Origin: Candidatus Avispirillum sp.
GTDB taxonomy: Bacteria; Bacillota; Clostridia; Oscillospirales; CAG-272
Assembly (NCBI GenBank): GCA_045631345.1
Contig: JAZQUP010000021.1
Location: 39,207 to 103,206, forward strand
Reading direction: 5' to 3'
Length of the DNA stretch: 64,000 bases
In this document: positions 1 through 9,716 of the stretch, piece by piece
Layout: the number at the start of each line of letters is the position of its first letter
Numbering within the stretch: position 1 is the stretch's first letter
Translations under genes and position numbers: made by a program
The notes under the pieces: generated by a model
The model's database searches: none
The model's input: only the letters and a program-made list of their open reading frames with translations
Told to the model about the DNA's origin: nothing

Positions 1-620
1 AGGAAGATGAGCGCCGTCTCTTTATGCTTCCCACAGCAGAAACAGCTCTTGTTTCTCTCCATCGTGATGAAATTCTTACAGAGGCAGACCTGCCCCGTAA
101 GTATATTTCTTACACACCTTGCTTCCGTCGTGAAGCAGGATCCTACCGTGCTGACGAAAGAGGTATGGTAAGAGGACACCAGTTCAATAAGGTTGAAATG
201 GTTCAGTATACAAAGCCTGAAGATTCCGATGCAGCATTTGAAGAGCTGGTTGGTAAGGCAGAAGCTCTCGTTAAGGGGCTTGGCTTCCACTTCAGAACAG
301 TTAAGCTTGCAGCTGCAGACTGCTCTGCATCTATGGCAAGAACATACGACGTTGAGATTCATATTCCTTCAATGGATGGCTATAAGGAAGTTTCTTCCGT
401 TTCCAACGCTCGTGATTATCAGGCGCGTCGTGGTTCCATCCGTTTCAAGAGAGATGGTTCCAATAAGACAGAGTTCGTTCATACACTTAATGGTTCCGGC
501 CTTGCAACAAGCCGTATTCTTCCTGCAATCGTTGAACAGAACCAGAACGCTGACGGCAGCGTAAACGTTCCTGATGTTCTCCGCAAGTATCTCGGAGTAG
601 ACGTTCTTCGTCGTGACTGA
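1..620 (+). CDS. serS: Serine--tRNA ligase, 3' part (5' end outside window)
   Basis: Class II motifs LPTAE, FRREAGS, HQFNKVE, YKEVSSVSN, HTLNGSGLA. Confidence 0.95.
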   Translation, partial: EDERRLFMLPTAETALVSLHRDEILTEADLPRKYISYTPCFRREAGSYRADERGMVRGHQFNKVEMVQYTKPEDSDAAFEELVGKAEALVKGLGFHFRTVKLAAADCSASMARTYDVEIHIPSMDGYKEVSSVSNARDYQARRGSIRFKRDGSNKTEFVHTLNGSGLATSRILPAIVEQNQNADGSVNVPDVLRKYLGVDVLRRD

Positions 621-625
621 GAGCG

Positions 626-1204
626 ATGAGTGTAACTCTTGCAGCATTCTACGAGAATTTTACCTTTGACAATCCTGTAACAACCCTGCCTATAATTATC
701 TGGGGTATTTTTGCAGGCTTTGTTATAGCAGGTATTCTTTCGTATTATAATAAAACATATCTTGGCGCAGTTGTTCGCTCCCTTGTTAAAAAGGGGGCAA
801 ACTGCCCTGAAAAGGCTCTGAAGCTCAGCGAAACAGGAATTCGCGCAGATGCTGTGCGTTTCAATGCTGTTTGCTGCGACAGAGCTCTCACAAAATATGT
901 GAAAATAGCAAATCCTGAGGAATGTGAGATAAAGGCAGAAAAGGAATCTGCTTTTGTTTGCGGGCTTCGTCGTTTTTTCAACATTGAGAGAAAAAAGAAA
1001 TACGATGCCAAAACAGCAAGATTCTATATTCTTGAAGAAAAGCGCATTCAGGCGGAGCTAAGATATACAGAAAAGGGAACATCCCTTATATCTGTTGCTA
1101 TAGGAATAGTTGCCGCATTTGTGGTTGCTGTTGTGGCTATCAGATGCATTCCTTATATTCTTGAGCTTGTGGATTCTGTTATCACAATGTATAAAAATCT
1201 GTAA
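626..1204 (+). CDS. Hypothetical membrane protein
   Basis: 192-aa ORF with N- and C-terminal hydrophobic helices, closely spaced after serS. Confidence 0.7.
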   Translation: MSVTLAAFYENFTFDNPVTTLPIIIWGIFAGFVIAGILSYYNKTYLGAVVRSLVKKGANCPEKALKLSETGIRADAVRFNAVCCDRALTKYVKIANPEECEIKAEKESAFVCGLRRFFNIERKKKYDAKTARFYILEEKRIQAELRYTEKGTSLISVAIGIVAAFVVAVVAIRCIPYILELVDSVITMYKNL

Positions 1205-1231
1205 AAACCAAAAGAAAGGAACGTCATAGAA

Positions 1232-2101
1232 GTGAGCGAAAAGAAAGTGACCAAAAAAAGAAAGCTTAAAAGCGGCTTCAGCGGCAGAACTAATGTTATT
1301 GTAACTTTGGTTTGTATGGTGGCGGCAATTGCGCTTGTGGTGGGCGTTCTGTATTTTATAGGCTTCAGATATACAAAATATAATTTTAAGGACGGATATT
1401 CCGTAACATTTGTTGGTATGGTTGATGTCCAGGGCCAGCCCAAAAGCGGAAGAATGACCTTCAGCGGCAAGGGCAACATAAAGGATGGGCTTTCTGCTTC
1501 TGTCAACACAGAAACAGGAATTATAGAATATTCCAACGGAGATAAATACGAGGGTGAAACAAAGGACCTTGTTCGCCACGGAAAAGGAAAGCTCACATTT
1601 TCCGATGGCAGAGTTTATGAGGGCGAGTTTGTTGCCGACGAAGCAACAGGCGAGGGCAAGCTCACATTCCCCAATGGAGATATTTATGAAGGTTCATTCA
1701 GCAAAGGACTTAAAAACGGCTTCGGCAAATATACTATGAGTGATGGCTCTTATTATGAAGGCTATTATGTTGCTGACAGAAAAGGGGGCGAGGGCAAGAT
1801 GCAGTGGGCAGACGGTTCTTCCTTCACAGGAACATATGTCGCTGATAAGAAGCACGGCGAAGGCGTTTATATTTATGCCAACGGCGACAAATATGAAGGT
1901 GGCTTTGAAAATGACGTAAGATGCGGAAAAGGCACTTATATCTGGGCAAGCGGCGAAAATTATACAGGCGAATTCAAAAATAACACAATGTGGGGCATTG
2001 GCACATATCAGTGGACCGATGGACGCATTTATAAAGATGGCTATTTTGAAGATGGCGTTATGGTGCGCACAGACGAAGAGGTGGCCACACCAAACCAGTG
2101 A
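1232..2101 (+). CDS. Membrane-anchored MORN-repeat protein
   Basis: N-terminal TM helix followed by repeated YEGxFxxxxxxGxGxxxxxxG units. Confidence 0.9.
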   Translation: MSEKKVTKKRKLKSGFSGRTNVIVTLVCMVAAIALVVGVLYFIGFRYTKYNFKDGYSVTFVGMVDVQGQPKSGRMTFSGKGNIKDGLSASVNTETGIIEYSNGDKYEGETKDLVRHGKGKLTFSDGRVYEGEFVADEATGEGKLTFPNGDIYEGSFSKGLKNGFGKYTMSDGSYYEGYYVADRKGGEGKMQWADGSSFTGTYVADKKHGEGVYIYANGDKYEGGFENDVRCGKGTYIWASGENYTGEFKNNTMWGIGTYQWTDGRIYKDGYFEDGVMVRTDEEVATPNQ

Positions 2102-2220
2102 TTTGTTTGGTTTAAAAAGATAAGAAAAGCGAAAATTATGAAGCTGAGCTTTGATTTTGGCTCTTATCTTTATAAAAATCTAACCTTAACCTTCAGTTTA
2201 TTCGAAGGGAAGGAGGCAAA

Positions 2221-2946
2221 ATGAAATTAAAAATCGAATTAAATCGTGCAGAGGCTGAAAAAGCGCTTGTCAAGGTTGCCCGCAAGCTTCCCGAAGGCGT
2301 TGTAACCTTTGCAGATGAAATAAAAAAGGATATTGATGCTATCTGCCAGAGAGACCCTGCTGTTAAAAGCAGAGCAGAGGCGGCATTGCTTTATTCCGGC
2401 CTTCATGCAATTCTGGCATATAGAGTTTCAAATAAATTCTATAAGAGAAAAATGTACACAACAGCCCGCTTTATCTCTCAGTCTGCAAGATTTCTGACAG
2501 GTATTGAGATCCATCCCGGTGCAACTATCGGAGAGGGTCTGTTTATTGACCATGGAAGCGGAGTTGTTATCGGTGAAACAACTATTATCGGTGATAATTG
2601 CACTCTTTATCAGGGAGTAACTCTTGGCGGTACAGGTAAGGACACAGGCAAGCGTCACCCCACTCTCGGTAATAACGTTATGGTTGGCGCAGGAGCTAAG
2701 GTGCTTGGTAACTTCACAGTTGGCGATGGCGCAAAGATTGCGGCAGGCGCAGTTGTTCTTGGGCCTGTTCCTGAAAATGCAACAGCTGTTGGTATTCCTG
2801 CTCACGTTGTAAGAGTTGCAGGCAAGAAAACAGAGGTTGACCTTGACCAGGTTCATATTCCCGACCCTGTTTCTCAGGATATTTGCGCAATTCAGCGCAA
2901 AATGCGAGAGCTTGAAGCTAAAATTAAAGAGCTTGAGGCTAAATAG
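2221..2946 (+). CDS. cysE: Serine O-acetyltransferase
   Basis: RDPA, TGIEIHPGA, FIDHG, GVTLGGTG, KRHPT hexapeptide-repeat signature; RBS AGGAGG. Confidence 0.95.
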   Translation: MKLKIELNRAEAEKALVKVARKLPEGVVTFADEIKKDIDAICQRDPAVKSRAEAALLYSGLHAILAYRVSNKFYKRKMYTTARFISQSARFLTGIEIHPGATIGEGLFIDHGSGVVIGETTIIGDNCTLYQGVTLGGTGKDTGKRHPTLGNNVMVGAGAKVLGNFTVGDGAKIAAGAVVLGPVPENATAVGIPAHVVRVAGKKTEVDLDQVHIPDPVSQDICAIQRKMRELEAKIKELEAK

Positions 2947-2957
2947 AGGAGAAAAGT

Positions 2958-3908
2958 ATGTACTGCAGATATTGCGGAAATCCTTTGCCCTTTGAAAACC
3001 AGCAGTTTTGCGCCGTATGCGGAGCAAAAGTAGGATATGTTAAAAAGCAGCCCTCAAGAGTAGGCTCATTTGTGCTTACAATGCTTAAGTGCGCAGGCTT
3101 TTATGCTATGTTTTACGGACTTATAATGATTATGCAGTCAGCTTATTCTGCTGTGATAGCAAGTGCTCTTGCAGGCAAAGGAAATATTGTGGACCCTGCA
3201 GGCTATATGGGCCTCAGCGATTTTTATTGGGATTCCTTTTCTCAGAGCTATAGCTATGTGATGTTTTTTGGATATATTGCTCTTGTAGCTTTATATTGGC
3301 TTATATATGCTGTGCGAAAAAAGAAATTTTCAGATGAAACAGGTCTGAAAAAAACGCATTTTGCATCACTTCCCGCATCCTTTGTGTTTGGCATTGCGCT
3401 TCAGATAGCTGTGGTTTTTGTTGTCAGTATTGTAAGTGCGGCAATTCCCTCAATTGCAGAAAAGGCAGTTGAAAGTGAAAAGGTTTATAATTATATGTTT
3501 GGCAATGCATCAACATTTTCTGTGTTTCTTGCAACTGCTGTAGCAACTCCCGTTGTTGAAGAGCTGCTTTTCAGAGGACTTATCTATACAAGAATGAAAA
3601 AAGCAATGCCTCAGGTGGCGGCAATGCTGCTTTCAGCGCTCTGGTTTGGCCTTGCCCATAGCGGTGGAGCTCATCAGGTGGTGTATGCGGCGGTGCTTGG
3701 AATCATTATGGTGTTGCTTTATGAAAAATGTCAAAGCCTCTGGCCGTGTATATTCCTGCACGCAGGCTTTAATTCCACCAGCTTCCTTTATGAATATATG
3801 GATATGAATCTTCCTGTTGTCAATTGGATGCTGATGGCCCTTTCAATCGGCTTTGTGCTTGTTTTTACAGCTTATTTCTTTATGTCAAAGCCGGTATATG
3901 AGGATTGA
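2958..3908 (+). CDS. CPBP (CAAX/Abi) intramembrane metalloprotease with N-terminal zinc ribbon
   Basis: CxxC..CxxC at N-terminus; EELLFRG, FGLAH, LHAGFN motifs. Confidence 0.88.
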   Translation: MYCRYCGNPLPFENQQFCAVCGAKVGYVKKQPSRVGSFVLTMLKCAGFYAMFYGLIMIMQSAYSAVIASALAGKGNIVDPAGYMGLSDFYWDSFSQSYSYVMFFGYIALVALYWLIYAVRKKKFSDETGLKKTHFASLPASFVFGIALQIAVVFVVSIVSAAIPSIAEKAVESEKVYNYMFGNASTFSVFLATAVATPVVEELLFRGLIYTRMKKAMPQVAAMLLSALWFGLAHSGGAHQVVYAAVLGIIMVLLYEKCQSLWPCIFLHAGFNSTSFLYEYMDMNLPVVNWMLMALSIGFVLVFTAYFFMSKPVYED

Positions 3909-4021
3909 TCTATAATTTTTTAATTTATACAGACCATTGCAAATATGAGGAAATACAGTTTTTTTATTAATTGCAAGTGGTCCACCTTCTCTTTCTGGAG
4001 AAGGCAAAAGGAGAAAAACAA

Positions 4022-5437
4022 ATGAAATTGTATAATTCACTCAGTCACGAAAAAGAGGAGTTTGTCCCCCATGAGCCCGGCAAGGTGTCTATGTACACCT
4101 GCGGCCCCACAGTTTATCACTTTGCTCACATAGGCAATCTCCGTTCCTATATTATGGAGGATGTGCTTGAAAAATATCTGCGCTATGTTGGATATGATGT
4201 TAAGCGCGTTATGAATATCACCGACGTTGGACATCTTACAAGTGATGCTGACGAGGGCGAGGATAAAATGCTCAAGGGCGCAAAGAGAGAGAACAAAACT
4301 GTTCTTGAAATTGCAAAGTTCTATACAGATGCTTTCTTTGAGGATTGCCGCAAACTTAATATCAAGCGCCCCGATGTAGTTGAGCCCGCAACAAAGTGCA
4401 TTGGCGAATTCATCAAGGTTATCAAAGGCCTTCTTGAAAAGGGATATGCTTATGAGGCAGGCGGAAATATCTATTTCGACACATCTAAGCTTGATAATTA
4501 TTATGCCTTCCATAATTTTGAAGAGGAAGATCTTCAGGATGGCGTTCGTGAGGGCGTTGAGAAGGACGAAAACAAAAAGAATAAGGCAGACTTCGTTCTT
4601 TGGTTCACAAAGAGTAAGTTTGATGATCAGGAGCTTAAGTGGAACAGCCCCTGGGGCGTTGGCTATCCCGGCTGGCATATTGAGTGCTCCTGCATTTCCA
4701 TGAAGCATCTCGGTGAATATCTTGATATTCACTGTGGTGGTATTGATAATGCATTCCCTCACCACACAAACGAAATCGCTCAGAGCGAGGCGTTTGTTGG
4801 TCATAAGTGGTGTAACTATTGGTTCCATGTGCTCCATCTTAACACAAACAGTGGTAAGATGAGTAAGTCCAAGGGTGAGTTCCTCACAGTTTCTCTCCTT
4901 GAGTCTAAGGGCTATGATCCTATTGTTTATCGTTTCTTCTGCCTCCAGTCTCACTACAGAAAGAGCCTTGTGTTCACATATGAAAATCTTGATAATGCAA
5001 AGATCGCTTATGATAAGCTGATTGCAAGAATTGCGCAGCTCAATCCCGGAGAAGCAAACGAAGCGAATGTTGCTGAGCTTTGCCGTGGTTTTGGTGAGGC
5101 TATGGATAATGATATGAACACATCCCTTGCGGTAACTGCGATTTACGATATTCTTAAAACAGATGCGGCTGATGCTGATAAGCTTGCAGCGCTTGATAAG
5201 ATCGACTATGTTATGGGTCTTAATCTTCTTTCTGCAGCTGCTAAGGTAAGAGAAGCAAACGCTATGTCAAATATTGATCCCGAGCTTCTTGCAAAGATCG
5301 AAGCGCTTATTGCAGAGCGTCTTGAGGCTAAAAAGGCTAAGGACTATGCTAGAGCAGACGAGATCAGAGGTGAGCTTACAGCTATGGGCGTTGCTATTAA
5401 GGATACTAAGGACGGCACGGAGTTTAAGCTGATATAA
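4022..5437 (+). CDS. cysS: Cysteine--tRNA ligase
   Basis: CGPTVY, HIGN, PGWHIEC, KMSKS; ATG 4022 preceded by AAGGAG. Confidence 0.97.
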   Translation: MKLYNSLSHEKEEFVPHEPGKVSMYTCGPTVYHFAHIGNLRSYIMEDVLEKYLRYVGYDVKRVMNITDVGHLTSDADEGEDKMLKGAKRENKTVLEIAKFYTDAFFEDCRKLNIKRPDVVEPATKCIGEFIKVIKGLLEKGYAYEAGGNIYFDTSKLDNYYAFHNFEEEDLQDGVREGVEKDENKKNKADFVLWFTKSKFDDQELKWNSPWGVGYPGWHIECSCISMKHLGEYLDIHCGGIDNAFPHHTNEIAQSEAFVGHKWCNYWFHVLHLNTNSGKMSKSKGEFLTVSLLESKGYDPIVYRFFCLQSHYRKSLVFTYENLDNAKIAYDKLIARIAQLNPGEANEANVAELCRGFGEAMDNDMNTSLAVTAIYDILKTDAADADKLAALDKIDYVMGLNLLSAAAKVREANAMSNIDPELLAKIEALIAERLEAKKAKDYARADEIRGELTAMGVAIKDTKDGTEFKLI

Positions 5438-5766
5438 TGGATCAGAAAAGATTTACCAAGAATGATAGCGGCTTTGTCTGTGGACATTGCGGCAAAGAGG
5501 TTGAACCTCTTGGGTATACATCAAGAAATCATTGCCCATTTTGCTTGTGGTCTCGCCATTTGGACGAAAACCCCGGTGATCGTGCCAGCGAATGTATGGC
5601 TCTGATGGAGCCTGTTTCTGCAGTGCCCGATGCCAAAAAAGGATATATAATCATCCATAAATGCACAAAATGCGGAGCTATCCGCCGAAACAAAGCGGCG
5701 CACGAGGCAAAGGTTCAGCCTGATAATATGGCAAAAATCATTAAGCTCACAGCTAAAACATTGTGA
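5437..5766 (+). CDS. RNHCP domain protein
   Basis: CGHCG..SRNHCPFC..PGDRASEC motif; overlaps cysS stop. Confidence 0.85.
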   Translation: MDQKRFTKNDSGFVCGHCGKEVEPLGYTSRNHCPFCLWSRHLDENPGDRASECMALMEPVSAVPDAKKGYIIIHKCTKCGAIRRNKAAHEAKVQPDNMAKIIKLTAKTL

Positions 5767-5793
5767 AAAAGAGGGGGGATACCTCCTCTTTTT
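5766..5793 (+). terminator. Intrinsic terminator
   Basis: AAAAAGAGGGGG-GATA-CCTCCTCTTTTT after RNHCP gene. Confidence 0.7.
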
Positions 5794-5856
5794 ACATACT
5801 GCCTTTTATAAGGAGGATAATAACCTCCCATACGATTTATAATGGAGATACATAAT

Positions 5857-6075
5857 ATGGAAATTAAAAAAGGAATATATCGTCATTTCAAGGGTGGCAT
5901 ATATGAGGTTGTGGATATAGCGCTTCATAGCGAAACCCTTGAGGAAATGGTTGTATATAAAAATGTTGAAAACGGGAAATGCTGGGTACGCCCTGCTTCT
6001 ATGTGGAATGAAACTGTTGAATTTGAGGGAAAAATTGTCAATAGATTTGCTTTTGTTGAAAAAAAGGATAAATGA
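5857..6075 (+). CDS. DUF1653 family protein
   Basis: GIYRHFKG..Y..HSETLEEMVVY..WVRP..M motif. Confidence 0.85.
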   Translation: MEIKKGIYRHFKGGIYEVVDIALHSETLEEMVVYKNVENGKCWVRPASMWNETVEFEGKIVNRFAFVEKKDK

Positions 6076-6290
6076 ATCTGTAAAATATTGCTTTATTGAT
6101 AAAACTTTGTATAATGATGATAATAATTTCAAAAATGGTTGAAATTTGCAAATAAATTTAGTAAAATAAAGTATAGTAATGTATTTTGCGTTATTTCTAA
6201 TCCCGTGCGGCAACTTGTGCATATTTTATGCATATCTTATGCTTCTTGCAGGGTATTATATACTGACTTTTTCTAAAAAGGAGTTTGTTT

Positions 6291-7037
6291 ATGATAGATA
6301 AGTTTGAAGTAACCTTGCCGCATCTCACAGGGGATGAGCCCCGCTTTGCTTATGTTTATTGTCCCGATAAAAAAGGCAAATATCCTGTTCTTTATATGTT
6401 TGATGGACATAATGTGTTCTTTGATGAGGACGCAACCTATGGAAAAAGCTGGGGGTTGCTTAAGTATCTTGAGGAAAATGATGTTCCGCTTATTGTTGCC
6501 GCAGTTGAGTGTAACCATTCGCCCAATAACGGCAGACTTTCGGAATATTCTCCCTATACTTTTTCAAGACCGTCAGTCGGTCGTGTTGAAGGCAAGGGTG
6601 AATTGACAATGAGATGGTTTGTCAGGGTTTTCAAGCCCTTCGTTGATGCAAATTATCCTACAATAAAAAACAGAAATAACACATTCATTGCAGGCAGCTC
6701 AATGGGCGGCCTGATGAGCCTTTATGCAGTTCTTAAATATAACAGAGTCTTCTCCCGCGCGGCATGCCTTTCACCTTCAGTTTGGGTTTCGCCCAGGGAG
6801 CTTGATCGCCTTATCACAGAAGCTGACATCAAGCCCGGCACTGTTATTTATATGGACTATGGCTCAAAAGAAATGTCTAATCATAAAAATATGGCAGTGA
6901 GGCTCCGTAAGGTTGCAGCGATGCTTTTTGAAAAGGGAGCTTTCCTCACCTTCCGTGTTGTTCCAAACGGAGAACATTGTGAGGCGAGCTGGGAAAAGCA
7001 GCTTCCTTTTGTTATAAACACACTTTTGTATAAGTAA
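6291..7037 (+). CDS. Alpha/beta hydrolase (putative esterase family)
   Basis: YPVLYMFDGHN, GSSMGG nucleophile elbow, HCEASW; RBS AAGGAG. Confidence 0.88.
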   Translation: MIDKFEVTLPHLTGDEPRFAYVYCPDKKGKYPVLYMFDGHNVFFDEDATYGKSWGLLKYLEENDVPLIVAAVECNHSPNNGRLSEYSPYTFSRPSVGRVEGKGELTMRWFVRVFKPFVDANYPTIKNRNNTFIAGSSMGGLMSLYAVLKYNRVFSRAACLSPSVWVSPRELDRLITEADIKPGTVIYMDYGSKEMSNHKNMAVRLRKVAAMLFEKGAFLTFRVVPNGEHCEASWEKQLPFVINTLLYK

Positions 7038-7052
7038 ATTCAGGAGAATACA

Positions 7053-7787
7053 ATGGAAACACAATATATTAAAACATATTCTAACGCTCTTCAGCGTGAT
7101 ATGGAATGCAAATTCTATGGTCACGGCGGCAAGCCTGTTCTTTTCATTCCTTGTCAGGATGGTCGCTTCTTTGACTTTGAAAATTTTAAGATGACAGAAT
7201 ATTGGGGCCCTTATATTGAGGCAGGACTTGTAACAATCCTTGCAATTGATACAATTGATAAGGAAACTTATTCCGATAACTACACTCCCGCTTATGACCG
7301 CATCCGCCGTCACGAAGCGTGGGTTAGCTATATTATAAATGAAGCAATTCCTATGCTCAGAGAGCGCACAGGAAGAGGAGATGTTGTAACATTCGGTTGC
7401 AGTCTTGGCGCAACACATGCTCTCAATCTTTTCCTCCGCTTCCCCGACACAGTTCGTGGAACACTGGCTCTCAGCGGTATCTTTGATTCCAACTATGGCT
7501 TTGGCAGTTATATGGACGAGCTTGTTTATGCAAACTCTCCCGTTCATTATATGGATAATATGGTTGCAGACCATCCTTATATTGAAAAATATAACAGCGG
7601 CAAGGGTATCGTTTGCGTTGGTACAGGTGCATGGGAAATCCCCGATTCAACACTTCGCCTGCGTGACATCTTCAATTCCAAGGGAATCAATATCTGGGTT
7701 GATGTTTGGGGCAACGATGTTGCTCACGACTGGGATTGGTGGTATAAGCAGGTTGAATACTTCATTCCTAAACTTCTGGAGGACTAA
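7053..7787 (+). CDS. Alpha/beta hydrolase (esterase family)
   Basis: YGHGGKP, GCSLGA, HDWDWW. Confidence 0.85.
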   Translation: METQYIKTYSNALQRDMECKFYGHGGKPVLFIPCQDGRFFDFENFKMTEYWGPYIEAGLVTILAIDTIDKETYSDNYTPAYDRIRRHEAWVSYIINEAIPMLRERTGRGDVVTFGCSLGATHALNLFLRFPDTVRGTLALSGIFDSNYGFGSYMDELVYANSPVHYMDNMVADHPYIEKYNSGKGIVCVGTGAWEIPDSTLRLRDIFNSKGINIWVDVWGNDVAHDWDWWYKQVEYFIPKLLED

Positions 7788-7790
7788 ATA

Positions 7791-8984
7791 ATGAAAAACA
7801 TTATCTTTATTTCACCTAACTTCCCCACAAACTATTGGCAGTTCTGCAAGGAGCTGAAGAACAATGGTATGAACGTTCTCGGTATCGGTGAGGCTCCCTA
7901 TGATGAGCTTAAGCCCGAGCTGAAGGACAGCCTTAACGAATACTATAAGGTTGGCAGCCTCGAAAACTATGATGAGGTTTATCGTGCAGTTGCTTTCTTT
8001 GCGTTCAAGTACGGCAAGATCGACTGGCTTGAATCCAATAACGAATATTGGCTTGAGAAGGACGCTCAGCTTCGTACAGATTTCAATATCACAAGCGGCT
8101 TCCAGGTTTCCGATATGGAGCGCATCAAGCATAAATCCAAGATGAAGGCATACTATGAGGCAGCAGGCATTCCCGTTGCTCGTTATTATATCGTTGAGTC
8201 CCTTGAGGGCTGCAGAGAGTTCCTTGACAAGGTTGGCTATCCTGTTGTTGTTAAGCCCGATAACGGCGTTGGCGCAGCTGCTACATATAAGCTTTCCTGC
8301 GATGAGGATCTCGTAAGCTTCTACGAAAGCTATCCCAAGGAAGTTCCCTATATCATGGAAGAGTTTGTTCACGCTGCAGTTAACTCCTATGATGCTATTA
8401 TTGATGGCGAGGGTAATCCTATTTTCGAAACAGGTAACGTAACTCCCGACTCCATTATGGATATCGTTAATAATCAGGATAACAGCTGCTATTATATCCT
8501 TAAGGATCTTCCTGAGGATACAAGAAAAGCAGGTCGCGCAACAGTTAAGAGCTTTGGCGTTAAGAGCCGCTTTGTTCACTTTGAGTTCTTCCGTCTCACA
8601 CAGGATCAGGAAGGTCTCGGTAAGAAGGGCGACGTTATTGCCCTTGAGGTTAATATGCGTCCCTGCGGTGGCTTCACACCTGATATGATCAACTTTGCAA
8701 ACTCCACAAACGTTTATAAGATCTGGGCTGATATGATCGCATATGGCTCCACAATGATGCCTCAGGGTGAGCATTTCTACTGCGCATATGCAGGCCGTAG
8801 AGATGGAAAGAACTTTGTTCTTGATCATAATGCTCTTATGGCTAAGTATGGCGCAAATATGAAGATGGTTGAGCGTATTCCCGATGCTCTTGCAGGCGCA
8901 ATGGGCAACCAGATGTACGTTGCAAACTTCTCCACAAAGGAAGAAATGGACCAGTTCTATAAGGACGCAGTTGATTGCTATTGA
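7791..8984 (+). CDS. ATP-grasp domain protein
   Basis: GYPVVVKPDNGVGA, MEEFV, HFEFF, EVNMRP. Confidence 0.88.
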   Translation: MKNIIFISPNFPTNYWQFCKELKNNGMNVLGIGEAPYDELKPELKDSLNEYYKVGSLENYDEVYRAVAFFAFKYGKIDWLESNNEYWLEKDAQLRTDFNITSGFQVSDMERIKHKSKMKAYYEAAGIPVARYYIVESLEGCREFLDKVGYPVVVKPDNGVGAAATYKLSCDEDLVSFYESYPKEVPYIMEEFVHAAVNSYDAIIDGEGNPIFETGNVTPDSIMDIVNNQDNSCYYILKDLPEDTRKAGRATVKSFGVKSRFVHFEFFRLTQDQEGLGKKGDVIALEVNMRPCGGFTPDMINFANSTNVYKIWADMIAYGSTMMPQGEHFYCAYAGRRDGKNFVLDHNALMAKYGANMKMVERIPDALAGAMGNQMYVANFSTKEEMDQFYKDAVDCY

Positions 8985-8993
8985 TTTAATAAA

Positions 8994-9020
8994 AAAAGCC
9001 GATGCGATGCATCGGCTTTT
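8994..9020 (+). terminator. Intrinsic terminator (GATGC-loop-GCATC variant)
   Basis: AAAAGCCGATGC-GAT-GCATCGGCTTTT. Confidence 0.75.
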
Positions 9021-9089
9021 CGTTTGGGCGGATATATCCTCACCTACAATTGTAACACATACATTCATTAAAATATTTTTTAAAAACTA

Positions 9090-9118
9090 TTGATTTTTTA
9101 TTTAATGCGTGATATACT
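9090..9118 (+). promoter_or_regulatory. Sigma-A promoter of rimP-nusA-infB operon
   Basis: TTGATT-17 bp-TATACT with TG extended -10. Confidence 0.65.
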
Positions 9119-9143
9119 GCATTATAGAAAGAATATTAAGATT

Positions 9144-9180
9144 AAAGGAGTGGGTTTCAGAAGAACCCACTCTTTGTTTT
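9144..9180 (+). ncRNA. rimP leader hairpin/attenuator
   Basis: AAGGAGTGGGTT-loop-AACCCACTCTTT plus T-tract directly upstream of rimP, matching the known GGG..CCC rimP-leader type. Confidence 0.7.
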
Positions 9181-9210
9181 AAAATTGTTTTATTAAAAGA
9201 AGAGGTAACG

Positions 9211-9678
9211 ATGGAAAAACAGAAGAAAAACATTGCAGGCACAGTCCGTGATCTTCTTGAGCCTATAGCTGACGAGCTTGGCTATATGCTTTGGGATGTT
9301 GAATATGTGAAGGAAGGCGCTGAAATGGTGCTCCGTATCACAATCGACAAGGAAGAGGGAATCGATATTGAAGACTGTGAAAAAATGCACAGAACTATCG
9401 ACCCCGTTCTCGATGAGGCTGATCCCATTGAGGTAGCTTACAGACTCGAGGTTTCATCCCCCGGAGTTGAAAGAACCATCAGCCGCCCTGAGCATTATGA
9501 ATATTGCATGGGTGAAAAGGTTGAGGCAAAGCTTTATGCTCCCATCAATGGGCAGAAAAAGCTTACAGGTATTCTTGCTGCGGCAGACGATAAAACATTC
9601 ACTCTTGATGTTGAAGGCGAAGAGGTAACTCTTGAAAAATCTGCTTGCGCAAAGCTTGCAACAGTTTTCGATTGGTAA
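9211..9678 (+). CDS. rimP: Ribosome maturation factor RimP
   Basis: DIEDC, YRLEVSSPGVER; first gene of nusA operon. Confidence 0.95.
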   Translation: MEKQKKNIAGTVRDLLEPIADELGYMLWDVEYVKEGAEMVLRITIDKEEGIDIEDCEKMHRTIDPVLDEADPIEVAYRLEVSSPGVERTISRPEHYEYCMGEKVEAKLYAPINGQKKLTGILAAADDKTFTLDVEGEEVTLEKSACAKLATVFDW

Positions 9679-9716
9679 TTTTATAATATAATCTTCTCAG
9701 AAAGGTAACAGAAAAA

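Noticed and set aside
6170-6280. Possible riboswitch upstream of the esterase operon
   Set aside because: Only a weak TGCATA..TATGCA stem; no recognisable aptamer consensus
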